Below are positions 49,780-61,670 of a DNA stretch of 64,000 nt, one piece after another. A program made the translations under genes and the position numbers. Source of the stretch: Curvularia clavata. Lineage: Eukaryota. Under the pieces are notes generated by a model, which saw only the letters and a list, made by a program, of their open reading frames with translations, was not told where the DNA came from and made no database searches. Where the stretch lies: contig CP089274.1 of assembly GCA_023920165.1 (NCBI GenBank), forward strand, positions 2,604,001-2,668,000, written 5' to 3'. The number at the start of each line of letters is the position of its first letter. Positions within the stretch are counted from its first letter, which is position 1.

Positions 49780-51400
49780 CCGCAAGTACTTCAAAAATAG
49801 CATGCCGACACAAACAAGTCGCACAGTTAGGAAGTGAGATGGATACTGAACCCTCATTCACTGGCCTTTTTCGATGGACAGAGATCACTGACTACGCCCC
49901 CAGCTGTATGAGAAAATACCTACCTACCTAGACTGCTACAGTAGGTGTAATGATGAATTTCGATACTTTCTTTTGACTTGCTCTCTCATTTCATCATCTC
50001 GATCTCCATCTTCGTCATGCATTTGCTTATTCCCGTTGCTTTTCAGTTCCGCCTAACCTCGCCTGGTCTCCGGGGTGACAATATGGAGCTGGTTTGAAGG
50101 TATGCCATGCGTCATTTGAGCCGAGTTTGAATTTTTTTTCGATTTACAAGAGTGGATGAGGAATAAAAGTAACGTGTGTCTTGCGATCAGTTGAATACGA
50201 GATTCTGGGGTGTGTCGGCGGTTTTCTGGCGGCTGCGTGCTTCGCAGCATGGAAGATGAGGAATAGAAAGAAGAGAGATGATGCCTGGGTAGAGACTAGT
50301 GAACGGAGAGTAAGGGAATTTGACAAACTTTCATTCATTTTACCAAGCACTCGGCTATATCACTCTTTGACCAAACCCTACTTCGAGCGTGCCCCAGAGC
50401 ACACATATCTGTGATGCCGAGTACATCCTGAGAACATGCGCCACAACCACATTCTAAACGCCTCCAGAACAACGCAGTCTTTTGCCTAATATCTCTGGTT
50501 CTTCGAAGCTAACAGAATTTTCCAGAGCCTACTCAGTTGTCTAATTTCCATCTAGAATATGTCAGCTATTGATATCGTGGTGTGAAACGGACAGAGATTG
50601 TTACGTGTGTGAGCAGCTGGTGCACCGGAAGAAGACTGTCGTTCCTTCGTCAGCCGAACGGAGTTGCATTTCTCTGAATCGCGTTTCCGAGGCGCTTCAA
50701 GCAGGACATGTCTCTGAAGTTTGGGCCCATGTCTCTATATCGCCGCTTTGAACTGTCTGGATATCGCTCCGCTTGCTTCGCAGTAGCGAGGGAAATGCGT
50801 CTGGCTTAGACGATGTCTGAGTGGATACAGGCCATTTATCTGCAAAGCGCTATCTGTTAGCATTGCATCGTCGGAGACCTTTTTCGGAACTTACTTGGAT
50901 TGGAGGCGTTGCAGCACTGGCACACGATGCTCTTCGCCGTCGGGTCCGCCCTCTCTAACAAGTCTCCACAATCGGTGCAAAACAGTAGAGTTCCGACTAA
51001 TGCCATCATGAAGTGTTGGTTGTCAGAAGAGGATGCTGCAATGCTGGCTCGTGAGCATCAAGTATTGTTACGCAAACCTATTCCGACAAACGACGATGTA
51101 GGTCAAGGCAAAATCACTTTCATCGCCTGAAATCTAGGTAGCAATGACAAAAGGTAAAGGCAAAAATTACAGTTGGCGGAAAGCTTAGTATTTGAGGTTG
51201 TCAAAAGCCTATTGGCAAACGACGATACCCTTCAACCATGGTAAAGGTATGGCCCACCCTTGCATACGATTGAAAGATAACGCGAAAGAGACGTACAGGC
51301 AGCCTAGAGATGTTTGTCGTAGGGATGTCAAACGGCTGTTGGCAAACGATGACAAGCTCCTGATATGATGAAAGTAAGGCTCGTAAGTATCTACACTACA
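49780..51400 (+). pseudogene. Putative degenerate NACHT/ankyrin (fungal NLR-like) gene relic
   Basis: Broken, colinear fragments GLFRW, VAFQFRLT, ILGCVGGFL, LSFILPSTRLY, LYIAALN, EVVKSLLANDD and DVKRLLANDD; many stops and frameshifts. Confidence 0.35.
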
Positions 51401-51671
51401 CGACCATGTACTTGATATCCTGGCACAGAACTCCGTGTTCTTGAGGCTCTTTGTATACCTTGAAACATGATTTCAGTTTGTTCTGGCTGCGATAAATGCG
51501 CACTGTCTTGGTGAGGGCAGGTGCTGTCTAGTCGTCGAGAGCAGGGGCAACTTTGCTACCCGCGTTGCTCAACCCTGCCGCAGCTGTAAGAGGAAACAGG
51601 AGAAGGAGGCCGAGCAGAGAAAAAAAAAAGAGAAATAGCAATCCCTTGTTAAGCCAACATTTCCCTAACCT

Positions 51672-52534
51672 ATGGAGGATAAGGAGTCGGAGTACGCCCT
51701 AGAGAGTAAGCGAACAAGAGTACTCGGTACGTATCTCCTTGAGTTTAGATGGTTAAAGACTAACGCCTATAGCGAACGCCCGCGCGATCTACGGGTCAAA
51801 TAGATGTCTAGACGTGATAACCTTCGCCCTGACTTCGTCGAGAAAAGTTGGGGCATGCATCATTGAGCACAATCCATCCAGTAAATCATATATCCACTGC
51901 TGCTCTGCAAAGGAAGCCTCGCGTCTGGCTGCTATGGAACATTTGCTCGTCATCACCGAAGACTTGCTTCAACGACTCATGGACACCGAGGGGATCACAA
52001 GCAGTGGATGGCTGCCCTCTACTCCGCAGTCCCAACATGCCGCAACATATGGAAGTGCACCCGAAAGCACAGTAGGTGGCAATGGAACTGGTAGCGTGGC
52101 AAACAGTGAGCAGCAGAGCCGGAGGAGCAGTGCTCAACCCCAAGAGTAGGAACCCCTCGAACCGTTTCGACCTTTCTGTTGAGGCTCCGTCTGGTAAGAT
52201 GCTTACGAGTTACAGCATACTCTCCGATCACGTCCATGGCTCGCAGCAATCCTTGCAGTTGCCACAAGGGCTCTCACATCCACAAACCAACCCCTCTCAA
52301 CTCCCATTTGTCAACGATTTCAATTCACCGAACTCACCCTACCACATCCAGAAACCAAGACTGCCCAGGAATAGCAGCGAGACAGCGTTCCCAACCGGTA
52401 CACCAACAGCAATCGTACAAAGAATTGCCAGGACAAGCAGCGATTTTATCCAACATCCCAAGCCGCTACCTGTCGGTCAATTTCAGGGCCCCAGACGTGG
52501 CAGGTTGCAATGGAATCTGGGCTCTGAGGGCTAA
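51672..52534 (+). CDS. Hypothetical protein (ends at 52149, or at 52534 if a second intron or frameshift applies)
   Basis: ATG 51672; canonical intron 51727-51772 (GTACGT..CTAAC..TAG) joins in frame to ORF 51814-52149; a +1-frame ORF continues to 52534. Confidence 0.6.
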
Positions 52535-53010
52535 GGACAATGTTGGGACGATTGAATTTGGAGACTTTGGGAGAACATTCCTGAGAAGGGACGAGAACAC
52601 CTATAGCTCATTGCTCTCTTATCAATAACACAGAAATAAGTTCCTTTTTCCAATAAGAGAACCCCTGCTGATGAGGTGTGCGAAACCAATATGTTGTTCT
52701 GTTGTGTGCCTTGAAAACAACGGAAATAGGTCTGGATATGTGCGAGAACATTTTCGTTTTGGAAAACCTAGTAAAGTAGCCAGATACATGTCGATGACTC
52801 GGTTGGATGCTGTAGTACCATGGCCAAATTGGATGTAGATGGCAACCTCCAAAGGGAGATGCCAGGTGCTATTAGCGCGAAATCTTGGCGGCGCAGCGCA
52901 CACAGAATTGCCCCACCGGCCGCCACTTCTTACCGTTCTATATCTGACACAGCGCCGACCACACCACAGGACCGACGCCCATACACAACAGCATATCCAT
53001 ATCCGCAAAG

Positions 53011-54054
53011 ATGTCACGACCTGCAGGGTGAGTCTTTCCGTGCTGTTGGCGCCTATGCGCAAATCGCCGCCCTCCCGTTTGGCGCACCGAATCGCCTTCC
53101 GCCTCTTCCTTTCCCACCTCTTCTGCCTGTCCGACCTTCGACAAAGTGTTTATGCTGACTAGTGTCATGTAGCCGCACCGACTGGGCGGAAGAAGACGAC
53201 GAGGAGTCTCTCACCTCCCTCCCACCCAACCAAGTCATCAAGAACAAGGACGGAACAGAGACAATCATTTCCTACCGTATCGAGGACGGCAAGAAAATTA
53301 AGACCACCCGCCGAATCAAGAAGACTGTCGTCAAGCAAGTCGTAAACCCACGTGTCGCCGAACGAAAGCAATGGGCGAAGTTTGGTCAAGAGAAGGGCAA
53401 GCCCGCCGGCCCACAAACAGACACAGTCTCCGTAGCTGAGAACATTGTATTCCGACCTGTAGCAAACTGGAAAGCCAGCACCGAGGACAAGGGCGACGAA
53501 GCGAAGAAGAAGGCCGAGCTCAAGAACGCAAAGATCAAGTGTCGTATTTGCCAGGGCGACCATTTCACCACAAAATGTCCCTTCAAGGACACCATGGCTC
53601 CAGAGGGCGACGTTGCGCCTGCCGACATGCCCGACGACGCGCCCGGCGTTGGCGCATCGGGCGGTCTGGGATCTGGATCTGGAGGATATGTGCCCCCACA
53701 TCTGCGTGGACGCACTGGTGCTGGCGAGAAGATGGGTGGCAAGTTCGATCGCGACGACAGTGCGACGCTCCGTGTTACCAACGTTTCCGAGTTTGCCGAA
53801 GAGCAAGATCTGCGCGACATGTTCTCAAGATACGGACATGTTACCAGGGTCTTCTTGGCCAAGGACAGAGAGACTGGTCGCGCCAAGGGATTCGCTTTTG
53901 TCAGCTACGCAGACAGGTCAGATGCTGCCAAGGCGTGCGAGAAGATGGACGGATGTAAGTTTTGCTGGATATGTATGTTTTGTGACTTTGCTAACCAATT
54001 GCAGTCGGTTTCGGCCACCTTATCCTTCGTGTCGAGTTTGCTAAGAAGGCTTAA
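53011..54054 (+). CDS. TIF35: Translation initiation factor eIF3 subunit g, 3 exons
   Basis: [57 protein letters not shown]...KGFAFVSY; last exon [16 protein letters not shown]. Confidence 0.97.
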
Positions 54055-54606
54055 GTGATTCGCGATGATTACCAGATGCTATGTAATTTGGCGTTCAGGG
54101 CATGGGACTGGGGACTGAGAAAAAGGTCTTTAGAGTTGGCGATGGTTATTTTCTATGAGCTTGCACGAGGTAGATGCTCCTCACGTGTATCAAAATGACG
54201 GACGCTTCACGTTAGTCTCCATGATTCTGCATTACGCCACCCAGTTTCAGTTCCAGTCCATGGCATCAGGAGATGAGAATACCTCTGCAATGTCGATTGC
54301 CAAACGGCTTATCATGTCATGTATTGTGCAATGTCTGTGGCTGTGTGATTGAGAGCAATGCACTGATCGGAGCACACAGGGACTGTTAAAGGGATCAGGG
54401 ATCAGGGATCACAAGAAGATTCTGAGAGAGAGAGAGAGGGAAGGAAAGACGTCTAATCATATTCAAAAAGAACTTTTCTCGTCACAACACAAGGTGAAAA
54501 GCAGACGACATTGAGCCAGCATATGCTCTTGTGCTTGCTCTGGCATGCCTACTTGGGCTCGGCCATCATGGTATCATAAATCTATCCCCAAGCAACCCTT
54601 CCAGTC

Positions 54607-55308
54607 TTAATCACTAGCTCTGTACTTAGCCCTGTACTCATCCAGCCTCTTCAAATCCTCTTCTCCGCCCAGACTCCTCAGATACTCGACGACATCGTCC
54701 AGTGTGAGGATAGCCAGGACCGGGATACCGTACTGCTTCCTGACCTCTCCAATTGCACTTGGGCCAGGCTGGCCATCGTCATCAGTCGCAGTGGGTGTCT
54801 TCTCTTGCCTATCAAAGGCAACAATGATGCCAACTAGCTCTCCACCTTCCCTCTTGATTATATCAATAGCCTCGCGGATTGCCGTACCCGCCGTAATGAC
54901 GTCGTCGACGATGACAATCTTCTTTCCCTTGAGACTCGCACCAACAATGTTACCGCCTTCACCATGGTCCTTTGCCTCTTTGCGGTTGAAACTGTAGCTC
55001 TTTTGTCCGTACTTGGCGAGATCCAGATCAGCCAGTTTGTCGACGGATGCGGCTGCTAGGGGGATACCCTTGTATGCAGGGCCAAAAAGGACGTCCCATT
55101 GGAACGAGGGGTCCGCATCACCGTGCGCTTTCAGCGTGTGTGCGTAGGCAGAGGATATGGAGCGCAGGAGGTCTGCACGGTGGAACAGCCCCGCATTGAA
55201 GAAGTAAGGCGATATGCGCTTAGATTTGAGGGTGAAAGTGCCGAATTTGAGGGCGCCGGCGGAGACGCAGTCCTTGAGAAAGTTTTGCTTGTATTCTGGA
55301 AGCGCCAT
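54607..55308 (-). CDS. URA5: Orotate phosphoribosyltransferase
   Basis: [67 protein letters not shown]. Confidence 0.97.
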   Translation of the reverse strand: MALPEYKQNFLKDCVSAGALKFGTFTLKSKRISPYFFNAGLFHRADLLRSISSAYAHTLKAHGDADPSFQWDVLFGPAYKGIPLAAASVDKLADLDLAKYGQKSYSFNRKEAKDHGEGGNIVGASLKGKKIVIVDDVITAGTAIREAIDIIKREGGELVGIIVAFDRQEKTPTATDDDGQPGPSAIGEVRKQYGIPVLAILTLDDVVEYLRSLGGEEDLKRLDEYRAKYRASD

Positions 55309-55659
55309 GATGGGAATTGTGACCTTTTTTGCGAGTATGCGTATATGTTGTTGGCCTCGGGCGTGGTGGGCAACTTTTGTTTCCGAGCTCGGAAGCAGAG
55401 ACCCTTCGAGAAAGGTCCGTGCGTCACATCGTTCCGTCACTGTTCAATGTTGCTCGCCAGAAGTTTTCGCGACATCACCGCCGACGCACCCCCAGCACAC
55501 GCCGCCATTGCCTGCGCGCTTCTGTCCCTGCGTCATCATACGCTTTTCCTGATTCATTCTTCCTTCCCTTTGTATCTTGTGAACTTGGGGCGTCTTGCCT
55601 GTCTTTAGGCGCAGCCGTCTGCCTTTTCTCTTACGCCGTCACAGCCCGACCTCTCCAAC

Positions 55660-56448
55660 ATGGCTATGTAGGTTCTTTTTCCTTATTTATGCATCATATC
55701 AGTCTCGGAAATACTGACAATTATTTCAGCTGGGACACATTAACAGGGCGCAAGTCCAAGGAGGCAGCACCACAAACGCCACAAAATAGCGACTTTGTGA
55801 AAGAAGACACTTTCCAGCCCGCACCCTTCGACCCCAATACCGCCATTCAAAACCCCTCTGAGTTCATTCTCGACCCCACACAACTGCACCCGCTTGCCGG
55901 CCTCAACCAAGAAACACTCGAATACCTCTCGCTCGAAGACCAACTTCCGTCCGATCTACCTGGCTCGCAATCCGCTCTGCCGTCCCGCGGCTGGTCCGAC
56001 GACTTATGTTATGGCACCGGAGTATCGTACCTGACGGCGCTGACGATTGGTGGTGCATGGGGACTTGCCGAGGGCCTTCAGAAGAACCCACCTAGCATGC
56101 CACCACGGTTGCGGCTCAACGGTGTGCTCAATGCGATAACGCGGAGAGGGCCTTTCCTGGGAAACAGCGCGGGTGTGATTGCCATGGTCTACAATGGAAT
56201 AAACAGCACCATTGGATACTACAGAGGAAAGCATGAGATGAGCAACAGCATAGTCGCCGGTGCCCTGAGCGGTGCCATCTTCAAGAGCACAAGAGGGACA
56301 AGGCAAATGGCTATCAGCTCGGGTATTTGTGCGACTGTAGCGGGATCCTGGGCGGTAAGTTGGACAGTCATATAAGACAAATCATTCGCTAACACTACCT
56401 CAGATAACACGCAAGGTCTTTTTCGAGCCGGATCAGAAACAAGAGTAG
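55660..56448 (+). CDS. TIM23: Mitochondrial import translocase Tim23, 3 exons
   Basis: 8-nt first coding exon (MAI|WDTLTG); LHPLAGL; LPSRGWSDDLCYGTG; LNAITRRGPFLGNSAG; GAIFKSTRG. Confidence 0.96.
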
Positions 56449-57372
56449 ACGAGAAATGATGATATCCTGAGCCACTTGTTCCTATCGAACGTATACGTCG
56501 CGAGTTCTTGGAGGGATTGATTGTTTAAAAACCTCCTCCTTTCTCCGTTCGGTATTCTTTGCATCTACATATATGGTCAATCTTGACGTAACCCTCACCA
56601 CTCTACGGGCGGCACCCCCCGCTTCCCACTGTACAATAGCTGGCGTTCATGGATGAAGACCGCATGAGGTTTAGAGAAAAAAAGGCATGGTGTTGGGCTT
56701 CTGGGTCTTTGGGCGACTAGCTGTGTATTGTATGTATGTAAGACGAATTGATGGAGCAAATTAATGATATTCGATCAACAAGATTGTTTTCTGTGACTTG
56801 AGCTGTTGTATCAAGACAAGAGAACGACACAGCACGAGTTCTCAGTACACTCCTACCCAGTCCTCACACAGTGGTGCGGCTTACAGTGGAGCCAATGCGC
56901 AGTGGAGGGGGCCCGCTCCTAGCGCGTGCCCCTGTAAACTGAACCCTTGTGCCTCAATCAACACGGTCGCCTCTACGCACCATTGTACTATACGGCCAGC
57001 GGCATGCGCCCTGGAATCCCTTACTAACGCTACGGCTACCGGAACGACTTTGCCTGCAGCTTCTTATTGATCGGCAGTAGGCTCTGCCTTGGCAGATGGG
57101 TCACGTTCCCTACCTCTTCTCTCACTTGAGAGGTGTCCTAAAGCGCCGAGTCGAGCTCCACCACCGCCGTTGTATATTACAGGGCCCCGGGTCAGCGTCT
57201 TTCCACCAAGCATATCGTTCCTTTTCTTTTACATGACACTTTGGCCCTTTGCATTCTGCCTGGTTTGATTCTCTAGCCAGCACGCAGGAGTGTTGTTGCT
57301 TGTCATCCCAAACAATACTTTTGCCATTGTTGATTTCAATGAGCGACCATAGTTCCCAGGAACCACCTCACC

Positions 57373-59271
57373 ATGCGTAGGATCAAGTTGCCCCGCGGGG
57401 GGCAGTACCAACAGCCCATGTCTCGACAACACAAGCGCATTCTACTCTATGCATTGGGCGCCGCCGTCTTGTTCGGCGTGTGCTACCGCTTCTTTGGCGA
57501 GCCCATCGACCCATTTGCCGTCCCGTTTGAAGACCACGAAGCATACATGCGCGAGGGACCCAGTCTCTCGAGCCTTGAATCTGAGCAGTCATACGACTGG
57601 CGCAAAGCCCCGTTTGTGAATCGCATCTCGTCCTATATACCGCTGCCGACCAGCAAGCCTCGTGTGCTCCCGCGCATTCAGGCTAACTACTTTCCCGAAT
57701 CGCGTGCACAACGGAAGCAGAGGGAGGAGCGAAGAATAGCAGTAAGAGATGTCTTTGAACGTACTTGGGACAGCTATCGGACGTTTGCTTGGGCGCAGGA
57801 TGAGCTCAAGCCCATCACGGCAGAGGGCGAGGAGAGTTTCGGCGGATGGGGCGCAACATTAGTGGATTCACTCGACACACTATGGATCATGGGTCTCCGA
57901 GACGAGTTCGACGAGGCCGTGGAAGCAGTCGCTATGATCGATTTTGGCAGAACGAACCTCACGAGTATCAGCGTCTTCGAAACGACAATCAGATACCTGG
58001 GGGGATTGCTGAGCGCATACGACATGAGCGAAATGCCCATCTTGCTTGAGAAAGCAATCCAGCTGGGCGAGATGCTCTATCGGGCGTTTGACACGACGAA
58101 CAACACGCCGCTGGGCTGGATGAGCGTGGAGAAGGCCAAGAGGCCAGGGAGAGACGCGTTCGATGCCGAAACGAATATATGCTTTGCTTGCCTTGGTTCG
58201 TTGACCATGGAGTTTACACGCCTTGCGCAGATCACATCAGAGCCAAAATACTACGATGCCGTGGCCAGAGTCACCCGACTTATGGATCGTGCCCAGAACA
58301 CTACGAAGCTGCCAGGACTCTGGCCGACCATGGTGAATACCGCGCAAGAGGACTTTAGCCAGTCAAGCTCCTTTTCTATAGGTGCGCTTGCAGATAGCAC
58401 GTACGAGTACTTCCCCAAGATGCATGCGTTGCTGGGTGGCGTGGAGCCAGTGTACGAGAAGCTGTATCGCGACTCTGCGAAGAAGATTGATGAGCACATG
58501 CTTTTCCGGCCCATGGTGCCTGACACGGTGCATGGCGAGGACCTATTGCTCTGCGGCGACGTCTCTGCTTACGCCGATGAAGTCACTCTAAGCCCAACCA
58601 TGCAGCATCTCACCTGCTTCATCGGCGGCATGTTCGGTCTAGCTGGCCGTATCTTCTCCATGCCAAACCACGTCGACATCGGCGCGAAGCTTACCAAAGG
58701 CTGCATCTACTCCTACGCCGCAACCCCTACCGGTATCATGCCCGAAACTTTCGACATGGTCCCTTGTAAATCGCGCACCTCATGCCCATGGAACCAGACC
58801 TCCTGGGAAGAAACCGTCATGATGCACTACAGCACCAAATATGTCGACACCATCGAAGCCGCAGTCAAAAAATACAACATCCCCCAATCCTTCACAAACA
58901 TTCGCGACAAACGTTATCTCCTCCGCCCCGAAGCCATCGAATCCGTCTTCATCATGTACCGCATTACGGGTGACCGCAGCTACCTCGACAGCGCATGGAG
59001 CATGTTCAATGCCATTGTTGCAGCGACAAAGACACCATATGCCTACGGCCAGGTCAAAGACGTCACATTCTCCGCATCGTCATCGTCGAGAACATCGGGA
59101 GAGATTCCTTACACCAGAGAGGACAACATAGAAGATAAGATGGAGTCGTTTTGGACGGCCGAGACGCTCAAGTACTTTTATCTGATTTTTAGTCCGAGAG
59201 ATATGATTAGTTTGGATGAGTGGGTGTTTAATACCGAGGCGCATCCTTTTAGGAGGCCGAAGGCGAGGTAG
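57373..59271 (+). CDS. Class I alpha-1,2-mannosidase, glycoside hydrolase family 47
   Basis: Type-II TM; AWAQDELKP; GATLVDSLDTLWIMG; FETTIRYLGGLLSAY; DSTYEY; LRPEAIES; MESFWTAETLKY; NTEAHP. Confidence 0.96.
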   Translation: MRRIKLPRGGQYQQPMSRQHKRILLYALGAAVLFGVCYRFFGEPIDPFAVPFEDHEAYMREGPSLSSLESEQSYDWRKAPFVNRISSYIPLPTSKPRVLPRIQANYFPESRAQRKQREERRIAVRDVFERTWDSYRTFAWAQDELKPITAEGEESFGGWGATLVDSLDTLWIMGLRDEFDEAVEAVAMIDFGRTNLTSISVFETTIRYLGGLLSAYDMSEMPILLEKAIQLGEMLYRAFDTTNNTPLGWMSVEKAKRPGRDAFDAETNICFACLGSLTMEFTRLAQITSEPKYYDAVARVTRLMDRAQNTTKLPGLWPTMVNTAQEDFSQSSSFSIGALADSTYEYFPKMHALLGGVEPVYEKLYRDSAKKIDEHMLFRPMVPDTVHGEDLLLCGDVSAYADEVTLSPTMQHLTCFIGGMFGLAGRIFSMPNHVDIGAKLTKGCIYSYAATPTGIMPETFDMVPCKSRTSCPWNQTSWEETVMMHYSTKYVDTIEAAVKKYNIPQSFTNIRDKRYLLRPEAIESVFIMYRITGDRSYLDSAWSMFNAIVAATKTPYAYGQVKDVTFSASSSSRTSGEIPYTREDNIEDKMESFWTAETLKYFYLIFSPRDMISLDEWVFNTEAHPFRRPKAR

Positions 59272-59979
59272 GCAGATGAAAGGGACGTGGAGGTAGAGTT
59301 GACGATAGAGTTTCGAGTAGCACTGTTGAACGTCTAGAAGAGTGCCATATCATGCGTGGAGAGAAGAAAGCGTTTGCTCTTGTGATTCAGCTTCGTTGCT
59401 GAGTACATATGGATAGAGGATTGCATTGAGTCGGCGTTTGGTTAGTTGGTGTTTTGCGCTTTTAGTCTCGCGAATGAATGATACAGATTTTTTTCTGTAA
59501 CCTGAGTACTTAGTTTTTGTTTTCTGTGTAGCGTGTGCTTGCTTTGAAGAGAAAGTCAGATGTGGTTTTGATGACGTGCTTTAGCAAGAGAGTGTTGCAC
59601 TTTTTCTCTTACTTGCTTCAGGCCGCTGCATTGCACGTCAAGTATTTTCCGTGATATCAGTCAGTCTCTCCACGAGTAAAGTGAGAGCGGGAAGTTTGTT
59701 TACGTCTTATCTCGATATGCTTTTTGCCAAGTCTGTTGGCTGTTTTGGGATTTGAGATAGACACCATGTGATTTTAGTTTGTCACTTCACTGGCTTACGT
59801 CACGGTCATGCTGGCTTGTCCCCAACCAGAAACCATGTCTAAGTAGCAGAGAAGGCACATGGTGATGCAATGTTTCTGAGGAATTGAACCAGCTGTTCAA
59901 AGATGTCTTCATATTTCTCAGAGAAAGCTCCGATTCATCAACCCATATCTACAAAGCCAATCCACTTCCTCAAACTCCC

Positions 59980-60693
59980 TCACCATGGCACAATCTCCCC
60001 ATCATGCCTATAAAACTTTCCACTGTCCACATCCTTTAATCCCGCCACCACATCCAACATGCCCCTCACGCTCTCCTTCGCCTCCAAAACCGCGCCCTCA
60101 CCCCCCATCCTCGTCTTCACCCACCCGGGATCCATACAAATAACCTTGACCCCATTCCCCTTCAAATCCCTACTCTGATGCACTGTAAGCATATTCAGCG
60201 CCGCTTTTGACATGCTATACGTGCAGCACTTTGTCACTTCAGTCGCAACCGCCAAACTCCCGAGACCGGAGGTCATATTCAGCACCGTCGCGCCACGAGC
60301 CAGATACCTTCGGAGACTCTGCACAATCTTTGCAGGACCCATTACATTGGTCTGCATGTGCATTGCCAGGCTATCTGACTCGAGTGTTAAGCTGGTATCA
60401 GAGCTTGTGGCATTGATACCCGCGACGTTGAAGACAAAGTCGAGATTACAGCGCTTCTTGCTGAGGATCTCGGCGACGCGGAATTCTAGGCCTGCAAGCG
60501 AGTCGAGAGAGCTGACGTCGCAGTCGACAATGTGAATGTTGGAGTGTGTGTTTAGGGCGTTGAGGGGGGAGAGATCCACGCTGGATTTTGAGCGCACGCC
60601 TGCGATGATGGTGTTGGAGGGGTGGGCGGCGAGTTGGCGCACGAATTCAAGGCCTATGCCGCGGTTTGCGCCAGTCAGGAAGTAAGTACCCAT
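59980..60693 (-). CDS. Short-chain dehydrogenase (CsgA/sniffer-like)
   Basis: MGTYFLTGANRGIGLEFVRQL; YSMSKAALNM; MDPGWVKTRMGG; ends IVPW. The frame stays open upstream to 61011. Confidence 0.9.
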   Translation of the reverse strand: MGTYFLTGANRGIGLEFVRQLAAHPSNTIIAGVRSKSSVDLSPLNALNTHSNIHIVDCDVSSLDSLAGLEFRVAEILSKKRCNLDFVFNVAGINATSSDTSLTLESDSLAMHMQTNVMGPAKIVQSLRRYLARGATVLNMTSGLGSLAVATEVTKCCTYSMSKAALNMLTVHQSRDLKGNGVKVICMDPGWVKTRMGGEGAVLEAKESVRGMLDVVAGLKDVDSGKFYRHDGEIVPW

Positions 60694-61670
60694 TTTGGGG
60701 CGCCGCAGGGTTTTGCTGCGGGTTGGTTCGTGGCCTTTTGTGGTGGTGGTGCGGTTGCTACTGCTGCTGCTAGAGCGCGGCTTGGGGGTTATAGTGATGG
60801 TTTGGTGGGATATTGGTGCTGCGTTGGCGAGTGGCAGGGCACCTGTTGATACTGCGTTTTTTGTTTTCGACTGCTGTGGATAGGGACGAGAGAAGTTTGG
60901 TGACGATGCGGATTGACTTGATGAAGTACTGGTTTGTCTCCGCGGGTAGGCTGTTGGGGCGGCATCGTGCCGTGTGTACTGCATGCTCTCTACTTCCACC
61001 GGGTAAATCATCTTTTTTTCAATGACGTTGAGAATATAGTATTGTAGGGATAATTATTTCTTTTTGACTAGTCGGTCGTGACTGTTCATGGGTTGTATAC
61101 ATTTATGTACCTGGATGTATTAGACGCACGCACCATGAGTTTGCTTGAAGGGCAGACCCGCAAAATCATTTTAAAGTGTCAGACAAGTCACTCCTGTTAC
61201 AAGAGCGTTCATGCGCCGCGGACCATCGAGCAGAAATGAGGCTGCGACGTTATGCTCGCTCAGATGATGTGTTTCAGATCGCCTGACAGCTGTAAGAGTT
61301 CGCGGGTCTGGGTTTTTGACAGGTGTGAGGCTCATACCAGTGGTGGCACGTTTATACAATGGTTTTCTATCCAAGCAACTCGACATGGCAACCTTGACTA
61401 GATAGAAGAACATGAGGACATGATGCATGATTACTATATCGCATGTATGTGTAAGAATTAGTACAAGTATTACAAAAACTATGGACATCGAGGAACAACC
61501 TCTTCCTCCGTCTGCGGCATTTGGCAATCTTACCGCTGACCGCGTGATGCGAAGAGCATGAGTTTCATCCACCATCGTGCCACAACCAACCCCTTGGTCA
61601 TTGCACACAAGCGCGGAACTACATATAAACCTTCCGCCACACCCGCCTTGGTACAATGATCGTGACATAC

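Noticed and set aside
17056..55308. CDC21, FAU1 and URA5 as a folate/pyrimidine cluster
   Set aside because: Spread over 38 kb among unrelated housekeeping genes.
55309..55659. N-terminal ORF extensions of URA5 (to 55440) and TIM23 (from 55329)
   Set aside because: They run through the shared promoter and an intron; conserved starts are at 55308 and 55660.
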